A DNA stretch of 63,701 nt, the filler included, from Octopus bimaculoides (lineage: Eukaryota): the NCBI RefSeq assembly GCF_001194135.2. It is 9 parts of 9 records of this genome, joined end to end, with 100 filler letters (N's around TTAATTAATTAA, not from the genome) between each part and the next. Parts side by side here need not be neighbours in the genome. Positions count along the whole stretch, not along the records: positions 31,782 to 51,826 come from NC_069001.1; positions 51,927 to 53,436 come from NC_068999.1; 7 more parts are not named here. One strand, given 5' to 3'. Of this stretch, positions 39,253 to 52,482 are shown in pieces; positions within the stretch are counted from its first letter, which is position 1, and the number at the start of each line of letters is the position of its first letter. The notes below the pieces were generated by a model. It was not told the DNA's origin and ran no database searches. It saw only the letters and a program-made list of their open reading frames with translations. The translations under genes and the position numbers were made by a program.

Positions 39253-39634
39253 TGGAGGTGCAATGGCCCAGTGGTTAGGGCAGCGGACTCGCGGTTTCGA
39301 TTCCCAGACCGGGCGTTGTGAGTGTTTATTGAGCGAAAACACCTAAAGCTCCACGAGGCTCCGGAAGGGGATGGTGGCGAACCCTGCTGTACTCTTCTTT
39401 CACCACAACTTTCTCTCACTCTTACTTCCTGTTTCTGTTGTGCCTGTAATTCAAAGGGCCAGCCTTGTCACACTGTGTCACGCTGAATCTCCCCCGAGAA
39501 CTACGTTAAGGGTACACGTGTCTGTAGAGTGCTCAGCCACTTGCACGTTAATTTCACGAGCAGGCTGTTCCGTTGATCGGATCAACTGGAACCCTTGACG
39601 TCGTAAGCGACGGAGTGCCAACAACAACAACAAC
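39253..39634 (+). mobile_element. tRNA-derived SINE (family C) with (CAA)n tail
   Basis: Head ggaggtgcaatggcccagtggttagggcagcggactc...ggtttcgattccc (A/B boxes). 12-bp TSD AGAGCAACAATG at 39241-39252 and 39635-39646. Confidence 0.9.
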
Positions 39635-39734
39635 AGAGCAACAATGATAGAGAAATATGTGAGAAGGTGAAGGTATTGTTCATGTGCTTTTTCCTGACTT
39701 GATTTACAGGTATAAAGCATCTGAATTTTATTAA

Positions 39735-39902
39735 CCCTTCAGCATTCAGATTATGCCATCAAATGCAATACTTATTTATTCACCTTGTTTTGCATTAATC
39801 ATGCATTATCTCCTAGCTTTGAGATTTCAATGATATGACAGTTTATTTTTCAAGTGATCTGGCCACTTTGATCATAAAACAGGTAGAATATTTTTAAAAG
39901 GG
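39735..39902. mobile_element. piggyBac-type MITE
   Basis: TTAA-CCCTT ... AAGGG-TTAA termini (TTAA at 39731-39734 and 39903-39906). Confidence 0.7.
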
Positions 39903-41131
39903 TTAAGAAAATCCAGACATTTTATATCTGTATATAAATAGAGAAAACATACCTACATTTTCTGACTTATTTCTCTATCATAACTAAAACATTTTATTTT
40001 GGTCAAGCCAGTTGACCAAAATTCATCCTTTAAAGACAGCATGCATAGGACAACATGCATAGGAGCATGTCTTCTGACTATTGGTCAAGCCAGTTGACGA
40101 AAATTCCTCCTTTAAAGAGCTAAGCTGAGGGAATTGTTAATGCATTGGGCAACATGCATAGGAACAAGTCTTCTGACTATTTATGTTTTGATTTCAAATG
40201 CTGCCAAGGCTGACTTTGCTGTTCATCCTTTTGGGACAGATAAGATAAAGTACCAATTGAGTATTGGGGTTCATGTCATCAGCTTCCCCACATCACCAAA
40301 CTTTCATCACAGATGCTGAGCACCAGAGGACAACAGATGTTTGGGACTACAAAGTAACTGATTAAAGTGACTCCCAACACTAGTCTGGTGGTTGTTTTTT
40401 TTATTTCGTGTTTAAAAGGAGGAATAGTTAAGGTCTGCCCTAAGGTGGGATCTGAACTTAGAAATGTAAAGGAAAATGGTATACGAGTGTCACAAGGGAT
40501 ATTGCCAAAAAAAAAAAAAAAAAAAAANNNNNNNNNNAAAAAAAAAAAAAAAAAAAAAGTAAGGATCACAAGGGATATTGCCAAAAAAAATTTTAAAAAG
40601 TAAGAATCAGCACCAGAAATGTCATCCAACCATAGAGTACTTGCCTTGACAAGTCTCCTCCAACCCATGCCAGGATGGACAAAGTGGACGTAAAAACAAT
40701 GATGATGACACACAATAACACTCACGGAAATTTTATATGAATGTTGTATCATTGTCACAAAAATACGACTCAACTGGATCCACAACACATACACAAATAT
40801 ATATGGAAATTCAAAATGGGACATGGAGATAGATAACAGGAAAAGAACAGAAGACATGAAGATATGGGAAACCTCTCGTCAGCCATGGAGACCAGAATAC
40901 AAGTGCAGTTCCAGGACATTTTAAGTTTGTAAACTTTAAATTCGATCACACTGCTCGCTCTCATCTGGTAGTACCAAGGATACGGGGGATTTCACTGAAG
41001 TGATGGACAAACAAAAACAAAACAAGACAGAGACAACAAAATATGAGTAGGATGGGAAATTACAGATAGAAACATAACAGTTACAGAATTACATATATAT
41101 ATATAGATATATACACACACACACATACATT

Positions 41132-41175
<44 letters not shown>

Positions 41176-41237
41176 NNNNNNNNNNNNNNNNNNNNNNNNN
41201 NNNNNNNNNNNNNNNNNTACACACACACACATACATT

Positions 41238-41291
<54 letters not shown>

Positions 41292-41405
41292 TACATATGC
41301 ATATATATACATATATACACATATATTCATACACACACATACATGTATATATTTATGCATAAGTCATGAGATTCATGTGTAAAGTGCGTATGTCATCTGA
41401 CTTAC

Positions 41406-41560
41406 TTTGGTGTTACCGTTTTGCTCCACAGCAGGCACTGGATAAGAATTTTTGGGAGCACTGTTTTTTGGACCAAAACAGCAGAAGAATTTATTCAATA
41501 GGCCACTCCGTCGTGGTTTTTTCAAGGAACCTGTTGTTGTTGTCGTTGGCGTCGTCGAGT
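41406..41560 (-). CDS. CTDSPL: Internal exon (equivalent to vertebrate exon 2) of a CTD small phosphatase, CTDSP1/2/L (SCP) family
   Basis: Poly-T tract + ctctAG acceptor and GTAAGT donor; 155 nt, phase 1 to phase 0. Translates xSTTPTTTTTGSLKKPRRSGLLNKFFCCFGPKNSAPKNSYPVPAVEQNGNTK, recognisably similar to human KPRSRGILHSLFCC...VEENGAIPK / LKKQRSRSILSSFFCCF...VEENGGLQK. The paralog symbol is a best guess. Confidence 0.85.
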
Positions 41561-41631
41561 CTAGAGACAAAAAAAAAAAAAATGAAAGAAATTAGTTGTA
41601 ATTAATGATTAAAATTTATAAAAAAATCATA

Positions 41632-42053
41632 CCGTAAATCCTCGAGTATAGTTCGCCCTTGAGTATAATACGCAGGGGATTTTTAGGGGGCTGTACCTCT
41701 GAAAAACCTAAACCTTGTGTATAATACGCACCCCTTCTCTAACTTGAGTCAAGGAGGTTTATATAACGTCCTTGGTTTGTAAATGTCTATACGGTAACAT
41801 CCTTTATTATTATTGTATATATAACATAATGCAAACGTGTAGCTTTTTTGTGCACTTTGCAGAAAATAAAGAAATAACAGTAATAACGTCAGTGAAAAAT
41901 AAATATTAAGTAAATTGCTTTTACATATTTATCCCTTAGAAAATTTTGCTCAGAAAATATTTTTCATTTTTAACCTCGTATATAGTACGCACTAGAAATT
42001 TTGACCTTTAAATTTTGGGGAAAAAAGTGCAGATTATACTTGAGGATTTACGG
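41632..42053. mobile_element. Tc1/mariner (pogo-like) MITE
   Basis: TA-flanked TIRs ccgtaaatcctcgagtata / tatacttgaggatttacgg. Second copy inverted at 58085-58595. Confidence 0.85.
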
Positions 42054-42643
42054 TATTTAAAATAAAAAGAAACAAAATAAATTTCACAAATGCCAAATAG
42101 AAAGAATATGACTTTGGTTTCGAACATAGGTGCAAGTACTTTTTTTTTTTTTCTTCTTGGTTAGGAGTGAAACCTGTTTAATCAGCCACACCACTCAATG
42201 AGGACTTTATTTTATCAAGCACCAAAACAATGAAATTCAAACTTGGCTTCGGGAGGATTTGAACTCAGAAAGTCAAGTGACATAATTAAATACTGTAAGG
42301 CATTTTGTCTGACACTCTCACAAATCTGTTAATCTTCCACCAGACCGAAATATGTCTGATATTTATATCAGACAATATTAACCAAATGTTCCGTCTTTTC
42401 TAATATTGGAGGAAGTGATTTAGAAGACACTGAATGGCTATTTCTCACAGATCAAGCAATTAGATGCAAGTTCCACCCAGGTTCAATTGACACCTCCACT
42501 TCCTACTTATCCATCATCATTTAATGTCCATCTACCTGGTTATCATCATTTAGATTCCATCTTCCATGCTGGCATCAGATATGCCATGTCTGATGAGCTG
42601 CAGGACTGCATTGAACTCCAGTTTTCTGATGTCTACTTTGCCA

Positions 42644-42697
42644 TGGTTTCTATGGTTAGAATGCCCACCCACATGGGCATTCTAACCATAGAAACCA
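42644..42697. repeat. Perfect 24-bp hairpin with 6-nt loop
   Basis: TGGTTTCTATGGTTAGAATGCCCA - cccaca - TGGGCATTCTAACCATAGAAACCA. Confidence 0.9.
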
Positions 42698-42699
42698 CA

Positions 42700-42824
42700 C
42701 ATGGTTCTAGGTTCAGTCCTACTTCATGGCACCTTGGGCAAGTGTCTTCTACTAAAGCATTGAGCCAACTGAAACCTTGTGAGAGGCTCTGGTAGCTGGA
42801 AACTGAAAGAAGTGTGTGTATATA

Positions 42825-42864
<40 letters not shown>

Positions 42865-43095
42865 TTTGTGTCTGTGTTTGTCCCCTGCTTATTGCTTGAC
42901 AACTGGTGTTGGTGTGTTTACATCCCTGTAACTTAGCGGTTCGGCAAAAACAAAAATCGATAAGCACCAGGCTTAAAGAAAAAAAAAAAAAAAAACAAGT
43001 ACTAGGGCCAATTCATTCAACTAAAACTTTTTTTAAGGTGGTGGTGGTAACCCCAGCATGGATGCAGTGAAACAAATAGAAGATAAAAGATAAGG
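42700..43095 (+). mobile_element. SINE family A copy with internal (GT)n
   Basis: Head remnant, ccttgggcaagtgtcttctac, (GT)n and 3' half. Confidence 0.75.
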
Positions 43096-43842
43096 TAGAA
43101 TTTGAACTGAGAACATAGAGCTTCTGGAGTTGCTTATTGTGAGTCACTTAGTGACATGCTGTACCACATAGTTCCTATCACTGATGTTAAAAGTAGTTGA
43201 AGTGATACAATCTGGAAGAGTAGTTTATAACTATGTCCTACTTTAGATGTTATGAGTTACCATCATTAATGTTGTTGTTGTTGCTGTTTCTGCTGTATTT
43301 ACTCGGTTCTGCAACTAATAAACCAAAACAAAAATAAATAGATAAAGTACTTAGAATAATTGGTACCTACTTAAAATGGAACCAATCAAACAAAAACACA
43401 GCAAAAAAAAAAAAAACCATGAAAAAACACCTAAATTAAAAGTTTGCCCCATACACACATCCCTCACAACCACTGCCACAACCAATGTGAAAATTTGCCA
43501 ATGCAGGAAATTATTAATTTGTTGGGTGTCTATTATTATTCTTAATCATTATTATTATTATTATTAGTACTATCATCATCATCATCAGCATCAGCATCAT
43601 CATTATATTATTATTATTTTTATTGTTATTATTGTAGTTTAACCTACCTTCTCTTGTCATATCGTATTTGTTTACTTACACTAATACAAAAAAAGGAAGA
43701 AAAAAACTTCCACTGCATGACTGCTTAATTTTCTGCATTTTGTTTGTTCATTAAAAGTTACGTCTATAAATAATGTAGATATAGCAGAGTGACACAGATA
43801 TAATTTATATCTGGTATGTGAGAGTATGTATGTATATTCATA

Positions 43843-43888
<46 letters not shown>

Positions 43889-43902
43889 TACATACACACA
43901 CA

Positions 43903-44110
43903 TACGAGAAGGTGCTGAAAAGTTCCTGGCTTTGGGTAAAAGAAAATACAGGAGAATCAGTTAATTATGATTTTATTCAATATATTCCCCTCTCAGATTC
44001 ATACAATTATTGCAGCAGTCCTGTTTTTCTAAGCCCTGTAAAAGAACTTGGAAGGTTGAGCCGCCAACCAGGCCTTTCGCAATACCCTAAAGCCAAGGAC
44101 TTTTCAGCAT
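43903..44110. mobile_element. Mariner-derived MITE (family member at 59447-59680)
   Basis: TIR ggtgctgaaaagttcctggctt / aaagccaaggacttttcagca. Shared internal gaatcagttaattatgattt.attcaatatatt. Confidence 0.75.
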
Positions 44111-44583
44111 GCAGTCTTNNNNNNNNNNNNNNNNNNNNNNNNNNNNNNNNNNNNNNNNNNNNNNNNNNNNNNNNNNNNNNNNNNNNNNNNNNNNNNNNNN
44201 NNNNNNNNNNNNNNNNNNNNNNNNNNNNNNNNNNNNNNNNNNNNNNNNNNNNNNNNNNNNNNNNNNNNNNNNNNNNNNNNNNNNNNNNNNNNNNNNNNNN
44301 NNNNNNNNNNNNNNNNNNNNNNNNNNNNNNNNNNNNNNNNNNNNNNNNNNNNNNNNNNNNNNNNNNNNNNNNNNNNNNNNNNNNNNNNNNNNNNNNNNNN
44401 NNNNNNNNNNNNNNNNNNNNNNNNNNNNNNNNNNNNNNNNNNNNNNNNNNNNNNNNNNNNNNNNNNNNNNNNNNNNNNNNNNNNNNNNNNNNNNNNNNNN
44501 NNNNNNNNNNNNNNNNNNNNNNNNNNATACGGTTGCAGCTGGGAACACAAGACTGAATGCCAATGTTTAAAGTGGTAAGCTAT

Positions 44584-44624
<41 letters not shown>

Positions 44625-44755
44625 ATTAAAATAGGGGGTTTCAGACGACAAAGGGTCTGCGGTCACCTTTATCTCATCCCTCTCACCACCAGTCATCAAG
44701 TCCCTATAAAATGTCATGGGCACTGCCTTTTCTTCTGATCACACACACAAAATAG

Positions 44756-44931
44756 GGTAAATTTTCAGATTAACACCCGCACGATTTTCACTAGGGTTTT
44801 AGGGTTACGGTTACGGTTAGGGTTTTAGGGTTAGGGAATTCCGTCCCCAACCGTAACCGTAACCCTAAAACTAATCCTAAAACCCTAACACCTTAGTGAA
44901 GATCGTGCAGGTGTTAATCTGAAAAATTACC
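44756..44931. mobile_element. Merlin-like palindromic MITE containing telomere-like repeats
   Basis: About 40-bp TIRs starting GGTAA and ending TTACC. 8-bp TSD CAAAATAG at 44748-44755 and 44932-44939. Interior ttagggttacggttacggttagggttttagggttaggg faces its complement. Confidence 0.85.
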
Positions 44932-45935
44932 CAAAATAGTACATTAATACTAGCTTAACTAATCCCAGACTGGTCACGTTCCATAATTAACTCTTAATCT
45001 GTTACTGTTGGGGCTCCAGTATAAGATGAACTGTACAGCAATCTATGTCCTGCTAGGGTAAACCTATGCAGCCCTGACTAAGCAAGTTTGTTCTTCATTC
45101 CTTTCCTTCCGTGGCCTACCCCCATTTGAGGATTGAAAAAAAAAGTTTACATGAAACTAAATAAGATTTGAACTCAAAACTAGAAGCTGGGAAAAAGACG
45201 CTGATAAACTGCTTATACCACTGAGCTACCACCACAATCATCCTCCATCAAGTAAATAAAAATACAAGAGGAGCAAGCAATATGAACAAGAGGCAGAAAG
45301 CTGACCTGAATAATATTACCTAATTATCTAGTTATAAGAACTTGAGAGAGTTAATGAGCATGGCAAGATAACGTAATGATAGTGGAGTATGGTGGAGTAC
45401 GAGTGAAGCCTCAAAATGATGGAGTGGGGGTTAAGGTATGAGTAGAGAGAGGAGAAGTGGAAGGGAATTAGAAAACAAGGAAAGGAATCAAAAAAGGAAG
45501 CCTCAAAGTTGGCGGTGGGGGTGGGCAAAGGCTTCATGATCTGCTAGAAGTAGCAGCCAAATAGCTATCGGACCACACACAACCAAATTAATAATGGTAG
45601 GATGCTTTACATAATAATAATGTATGTAATCATGGATAAACATTGACATAATTACCAAAAGCTAGTGACACCTTGCAAGGACATACCAACCACAACTTTC
45701 CCAAATATATATATATATATATAAATATACATATATAACTCTTCGAAACGCCAGTGTTATAATGGTGGCAGCTGATGAAGGAAATGTTCTCTCTATGTGG
45801 CCTGTGTGTTTTCTGTACCCTGTTTATCACTTTGTCCATGGTTTTTTGCAATGTCATGTACCCAGATATGCATCTATATATACATGTAGATGAAGGTATG
45901 TACATACATGTACATATATATGCATATACTCATAT

Positions 45936-45980
<45 letters not shown>

Positions 45981-46986
45981 ATATGGCTGTGTGGTTAAGA
46001 AGCTTGCTTTGCAACTACATGCTTTCAGGTTCAGTTCCACTGCACAGCTTCTTGACAAGTGTTTATTATAGATCGTGCTGACCAATGCATTGCAAATGAA
46101 TTTGGTAGAGGGAAACTGAGGGAGCTGCAATGTGTGTGTGTATACATACATATACATGCGTGTGTGTGTGTGTGTGGCTTTGCATTTGTCCCACCACTGC
46201 TTAATAGTCCAGCAAAAGAAACCAACAGAAAAAGTACCAGACTTTCAGAAATATGTACTGATTGGAAGGGGTGTGATTTCTTCAGTTACAACCCTTAAGG
46301 TAAATGCCCCAGCATGGCCCCAGTCCAGTGACTGAAACAAGTAAAAGATATGACATATGTCTTTCATTGTCCTTTTAAGATGGTAGTATGATTTGGAAAA
46401 CATATGGCTGCTATTTTTAGCAAGATGAGAAATCACATACAGGCTTTTTGTTGTTTGATGTCTTGGAAAATTCTTGCAGCTGTTTAGCTAACACCATCCA
46501 GATCCAAACCACCAGCACCAAGTCAATTCTGACTGAAAAAACCTATGATCGAAAGTATTCCAGCCATGACCATCCTTTCTTATATATAAAGGACTTTTGT
46601 TCATTGTGCCTTAACCCCTTTTTCTCTTTGAAGACAATATGGCTTGATTTGAGGAAGACTTTGCAGCTATTTCTAGCAGACCTAGCGACCATGTAGCTCT
46701 CTTATTGGTTCAATTAAATACTGGTCAAGTCAGGTCAAATGCCAAAGGTTGATTCAACTGCCAGGCATGGGCTCCACCTCCCACTACCATAATGCCTTGC
46801 CTTGTCCTAAAGTCAGATAAGGTAGTAGTAGCAGTAGTAATGGTAGTGGTGGTGGCAGCAGCAGCATAGCAGTGGGTTGATATTACTGCAGCACAATCAT
46901 TAATGATTTTGTTATTAGCAACAAGGGCTCAGAAAAAGCAAACAAGACAATATAAAATAACAAAAGATAGGAAGGAACATAATCAT

Positions 46987-47022
<36 letters not shown>

Positions 47023-47023
47023 A

Positions 47024-47054
<31 letters not shown>

Positions 47055-47061
47055 GATGGTG

Positions 47062-47092
<31 letters not shown>

Positions 47093-47543
47093 AGATGGTG
47101 GTGGTGATAGTAGTAGTAGTGGTGGTGGTGGTGGTAGTAGTAGTAATAATAGTAGTAAGTCATTAATAAAAATCATCAGTTGTTGCTGTTGTTGTTGTAG
47201 CAGAGGCAGTGGTGGAGATGGTTGTGATAGAAGCCATTATACAACTACACAGCACAGGCCATTAATAACGGCAGTAGTAGGAGGAGGAGGAGGAAGAGGA
47301 GGGGAGGAATGGAGATAGATGCCATTAAAGAAATGGGAATGAAAACAACTAAAAACAACAAAAACACCAACTGACAGGAAACGGTCCTCCCCCTCCTCAT
47401 CAACCCCCACACACACATACAAACACACACACACACTGACCTTAATTTTTAAAGACATCATAATGAAAATGGAGGTTGGAGAAGTCATTGTGATCCACCC
47501 CCTACTTCCTCTTTTATCTCACATTCATACATTCACATATGCT

Positions 47544-47576
<33 letters not shown>

Positions 47577-47742
47577 CATTTTCACACATACATACATTCA
47601 CACACATACATATGCAGTTTCACACATACATACATTCACACACATACACAGAGGTACACATACAGAGGAGGGAAGAATATACAAACCACATATGCATAAG
47701 TGTATGTACATACATACATACATACATACAAGTACACACAAG

Positions 47743-47773
<31 letters not shown>

Positions 47774-47857
47774 ATATATATAATGTGTGTGTGTGTGTAT
47801 AATGTGTGTGTGTATATATATATGTGTCTGTGTGTGTGTATATATATATAATGTGTC

Positions 47858-47889
<32 letters not shown>

Positions 47890-50530
47890 AAATACAAACA
47901 CACATGCACACAGAAAAAGAGAAACAAAAGGATACACACACATGCAAACACACAGGAAATAGAAAGAAAAAAAAGCTTCACTTTTTTTCCCCCCCAACTA
48001 AAACAACAACTATCTCAGCAACAACAACAAGCATTATCACCACCACCATCATCATCATCATCCTCATCATAGAGCTAACAACAACAAAAGCTGAAGTTTG
48101 AGAGCAAGTCAGCAGGTATATTGGTTAAGTNNNNNNNNNNNNNNNNNNNNNNNNNNNNNNNNNNNNNNNNNNNNNNNNNNNNNNNNNNNNNNNNNNNNNN
48201 NNNNNNNNNNNNNNNNNNNNNNNNNNNNNNNNNNNNNNNNNNNNNNNNNNNNNNNNNNNNNNNNNNNNNNNNNNNNNNNNNNNNNNNNNNNNNNNNNNNN
48301 NNNNNNNNNNNNNNNNNNNNNNNNNNNNNNNNNNNNNNNNGTGGTGGTGGTAGTGGTGGTAGTGGTGGTGGTAGTGGTAGTAGTGGTAGTAGTGGTGGTG
48401 GTGGTAGTAGTGGTGGTGGTGGTGGTAGTGGTAGTAGTGGTGGTGGTAGTAGTGGTGGTGGTAGTGGTGGTGGCGGTGTTGGTAGTTTAGCCCCAGGTCA
48501 GCCATGATTCACCAGTCTTTATCAAAGGCACTCCAGCTGTGACCATCACAACCCCTCCTCAGCAACAGACACTCTCTCACACGCTCCCTCCCTCCCTCTC
48601 TCTATCTCTTTCATGCACACACACACACACACATGCAAACATACACACATACATAGGATATGGAATTGCTTTTTTCAAATTTCTTTTCTTGTGGGATCCA
48701 ATTTGAATGAGATTTCGCTGTTATATCTAGCAAAAATGAGCGGCCACATACAAGCTTCCACCACAACTTGTTGAATCCATTGAACGCATGAGAGAGAGAG
48801 TATATGTGTACGGATGTGTGTGTGTTTGGAGTGGTTGTGTATAGGTATAAAATAACTGAAGTGATGCTGTAGGCGGTGGTAACAGACACAGCTGTGAACT
48901 ATGCAGTATAGTGTGTGTGTGTGCGCATGTATGTATATGTGTATGTGTGTCCCTGCGCGGGTGAACACAGAGAGAGGGAGAGAGAGACAGACATGTAGAT
49001 ACACTCCATCGATCACGACAAGTGTTCCAGTTGATCCAGCCTATGGGACAGCTTGCACGTGAAATTAACATGCAAGTGGTTGAATATTCCACAGACACAC
49101 AAACCCTTAATATAGTTCTCGGGGATACTTCCAAGTGGACTGGTCCAACAAGGATGCAACGTGCCACCAGGAATTGAACTTGCGATCTTACAATCATAAG
49201 CACCAGATACCCTAAACACTATATGACATGTTGATACAACTAGATAACACACGCATACGCATGTGTTTGCATACATACACACACACACACACACATACGG
49301 TAAAGGGTAAAGACCCCCCTCCCTTCCGTCAACTAAAGGCAGTNNNNNNNNNNACATATGGTAAAGGGTAAAGACCCCCCTCCCTTCCGTCAACTAAAGG
49401 CAGTACTCCAGCATGGCCACAGTCAAATGACTGAAACAAGTAAAAGAGTATCACTAGTTTTATGTCCACTATACCATGCTCGCATGGATCAGAGGAACTT
49501 CATAGAGATCCTCTTCCTGTCGCCACCATTAGCTGTTTCTATGTAAGGTAATATTTCCCTTCCTCATTCAAATGTGAACTGTACAATTAAGTTTCTCTCT
49601 CGAGTCATACCGACTCAAAATGGCTGGTTTCTTGGTTTCCATGACGTAAATATTCCCCACTTGATCAGGACACCGGTCTGTCGCAGGATTACTCATTTTT
49701 GCTTGCTGAGTTGAATGGAACAATGTGAAATGAAGTGTTTTGCTCAAGAACACAATGCATCTGCCAGTCCAGGAATTGAAACCACAACCTTACGATCATG
49801 AACCCAACACCTTAACCACTAAGTCACATGCTTCCACGAACAATGGCCAGACTAATTTGCATGCTAGATTGTAAATAAATAGCACCACTTATAATATGGC
49901 AGTGACATTCATTTGCAATCACATGATATGAAGACAGAGACAAGAACACACAAACACATACACACACACATAAATATGACAGGCTTTTAGTTTCTATACA
50001 TCAAATTCACTTACAAGGTCTGGTCAGCCCAGGGCAAATGTAGGAGACCTTTGCCCAAAAAACTGCTCAATGGGGCTGAGCCCAACGGAAACTGTGTGGT
50101 TGAAAAGCAAAGTTCTTAACCACACAGCCATGCCTGTGCTTATGTATGCACATGTAAATATAAGTGCCTATATAAAATATTAGAATGTTTGACTACCCCT
50201 TTCGAAGTTTTAACTGTGACTTACAGGGCAAATATTTAATCGAAGTAGATCTGTTTGTGCAGGCCATGAATGCTACACTCAAATGATTGCAATGGAAACT
50301 GATAATTCCGATAGTCAACTCAGGACCACACTTTCAGTTTCCATCCAACAAATTTACTCAGAAGACTTTAAATCAGCCCAGGCCTAGACATACCTGCACC
50401 CCATAAATGTATCCCAAAATATTAGAATGTTTCAATTACCAAATGCTCCCTCCAAAATTCATAGAGGGAATTTTTTTTTTTTTTAATGTTAAATCTCTGA
50501 ACGAGGTATAAACAATAACTGTACGACAAC

Positions 50531-50755
50531 GTGAAGTATATTCGCCACCTAAACGCAGCTAAACCCTAAGAAACCCAGGTCCCTGCGTATCACGTCAGAT
50601 CGACGATGGGAAGGATGACTTCCTTTTGCAAATACCAACAGGGCACAGAAAGGGTGTCAATAGCCAGCTGGAGGAGATGTTCTCCTGGGGCTAAAAGCTA
50701 CAGTAACATCCACCCTTAAGAGTTTAGCCGCATTTAAGTGGCGAATATACTTCAC
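50531..50755. repeat. Inverted-repeat element, unclassified
   Basis: gtgaagtatattcgccacctaaacgcagctaaac / gtttagccgcatttaagtggcgaatatacttcac. No TSD seen. Confidence 0.65.
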
Positions 50756-51556
50756 AATTTTTTTTCTAATTTAAAATGTTTGCTTTCTAGTAAACCAACA
50801 CATCTTTCTTTTCTTATTCATTCATATATTTATATTTTCTGTAATTCAAACTGCCTCGTGGCCCTAACAGACAAGATGGAAAAGATGCTGCCGCAGAAGA
50901 CAGCAAGGGAGACTAACTGAAATAACCACTCTGGTTCAAAAGGATTGCACTTGTAGATAGTCATCACCGCCCTGATAATAGCGAACAGGGATATGGTCTA
51001 GAGGGCAAGAACGCTGGAGGTCTCCATTGCCATAGGCTCGACCATGAGCCCATCAGAGAGTGACAGTTACTTTCACAGTTTGTTCTCAGACTGACGAGCA
51101 GCAAAGCCTGGACTGGTAGCTGAAAACACCAAGTTGCTACTGGAGAAGGTGTCACAGAATGTGGCAGCCCAGATGAGAAGAAGCCTACTGTCACAGAACC
51201 AACCGGAAAGCTGTCACATTGTCAGTCCTTTTACTATCCCCTCAGTCTAACTCAAGCTAGGAAGAGAAGCCTGCAGCACCTGGGCCATGTTTTATGATGC
51301 CCTTATCATTTTTGAGGGACCTGGTGTTTTAGTATGCGTAGTGAAAAGGACCAAAATTCTTTTTCCATTGAGATACATCTACTGAAAGACAATCTCTGAT
51401 TAACTATTACACTTCAAAACCAACCATTTGTTCCATCAGACTGATGGATCACCCTCAAAGTCCTTTCAGCTTGTATTGCTAGAGCCGATCAATCGGCCTG
51501 GATGTCCCAAGAGGGTTAAGGGCAATATGGCATGGAAAGCAGCTAGCATTGTAGGG

Positions 51557-51823
51557 CAGGGGTTTTCAAACTTTTTGACTTGCGGACCCCTTTATATTTC
51601 AGGCTTTACCTTATAAACGCTTATGAAATTTATACATAAATATTTGCTTAAAATAACATATATTTTTACATTTATTTATTTAACAGTATTTAACAAATAG
51701 GTTTATTGTCAATTAAAAGATTTCGATTAAAAAACATAAATAAAATCAAATTGCCCATAAAAAGTATTTGCTGTCCACGGACCCCCTGTCTTGTCCTTGC
51801 GGACCACAGTTTGAAAACCCCTG
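51557..51823. mobile_element. hAT (Charlie-like) MITE
   Basis: TIRs caggggttttcaaact / agtttgaaaacccctg. Right flank runs into a gap, so the TSD cannot be checked. Confidence 0.75.
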
Positions 51824-52451
51824 CTGNNNNNNNNNNNNNNNNNNNNNNNNNNNNNNNNNNNNNNNNNNNNTTAATTAATTAANNNNNNNNNNNNNNNNNN
51901 NNNNNNNNNNNNNNNNNNNNNNNNNNTATATATATGTGTGTGTATATATATATATGATATTAATATATATGTTAATCCTCTGTGTGTGTGTGTGTGTGTG
52001 TTTTGTGTGTGTGTGTATGGATATGTGCATACTGTCTTAAATGAATGCATATTTGAACTTCCATATATTCTAGAAAAAATACAAAATCATCTGAAAATAC
52101 AGGTACATGTGTGTAGGAGTTGATTATGTAGATATATTTGCACGAATGTGCGTATATGTGTATGAGAGCGCGCGCGTATATGAACGTGTGTAACTATGTG
52201 TGTGTGTATGACTGTGTGTCTAGCGAGAAGAGGAATGAAGGCGTAGAGTAAAAACCTTTTTTTATTAATATAAATATAAAAAGTTGATATTCTGTTTTAT
52301 AATTCAATTAAAATTTTCTGTTCGATATTTTTGGTCTCTCAATGGCCTTACACACACACCCACACACACATACACACACACACACACACAAACATATATT
52401 ATATGTATATATATACATGTAAATATATATATATATGTATGTCTTTGTGTG

Positions 52452-52482
<31 letters not shown>

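Noticed and set aside
39254-39310. tRNA gene
   Set aside because: The tRNA-like sequence is a SINE head continuing into the SINE body with TSDs; no complete cloverleaf.
44756-44931. True telomere or telomere-fusion site
   Set aside because: The repeats are few and degenerate and are enclosed by TIRs with an 8-bp TSD.
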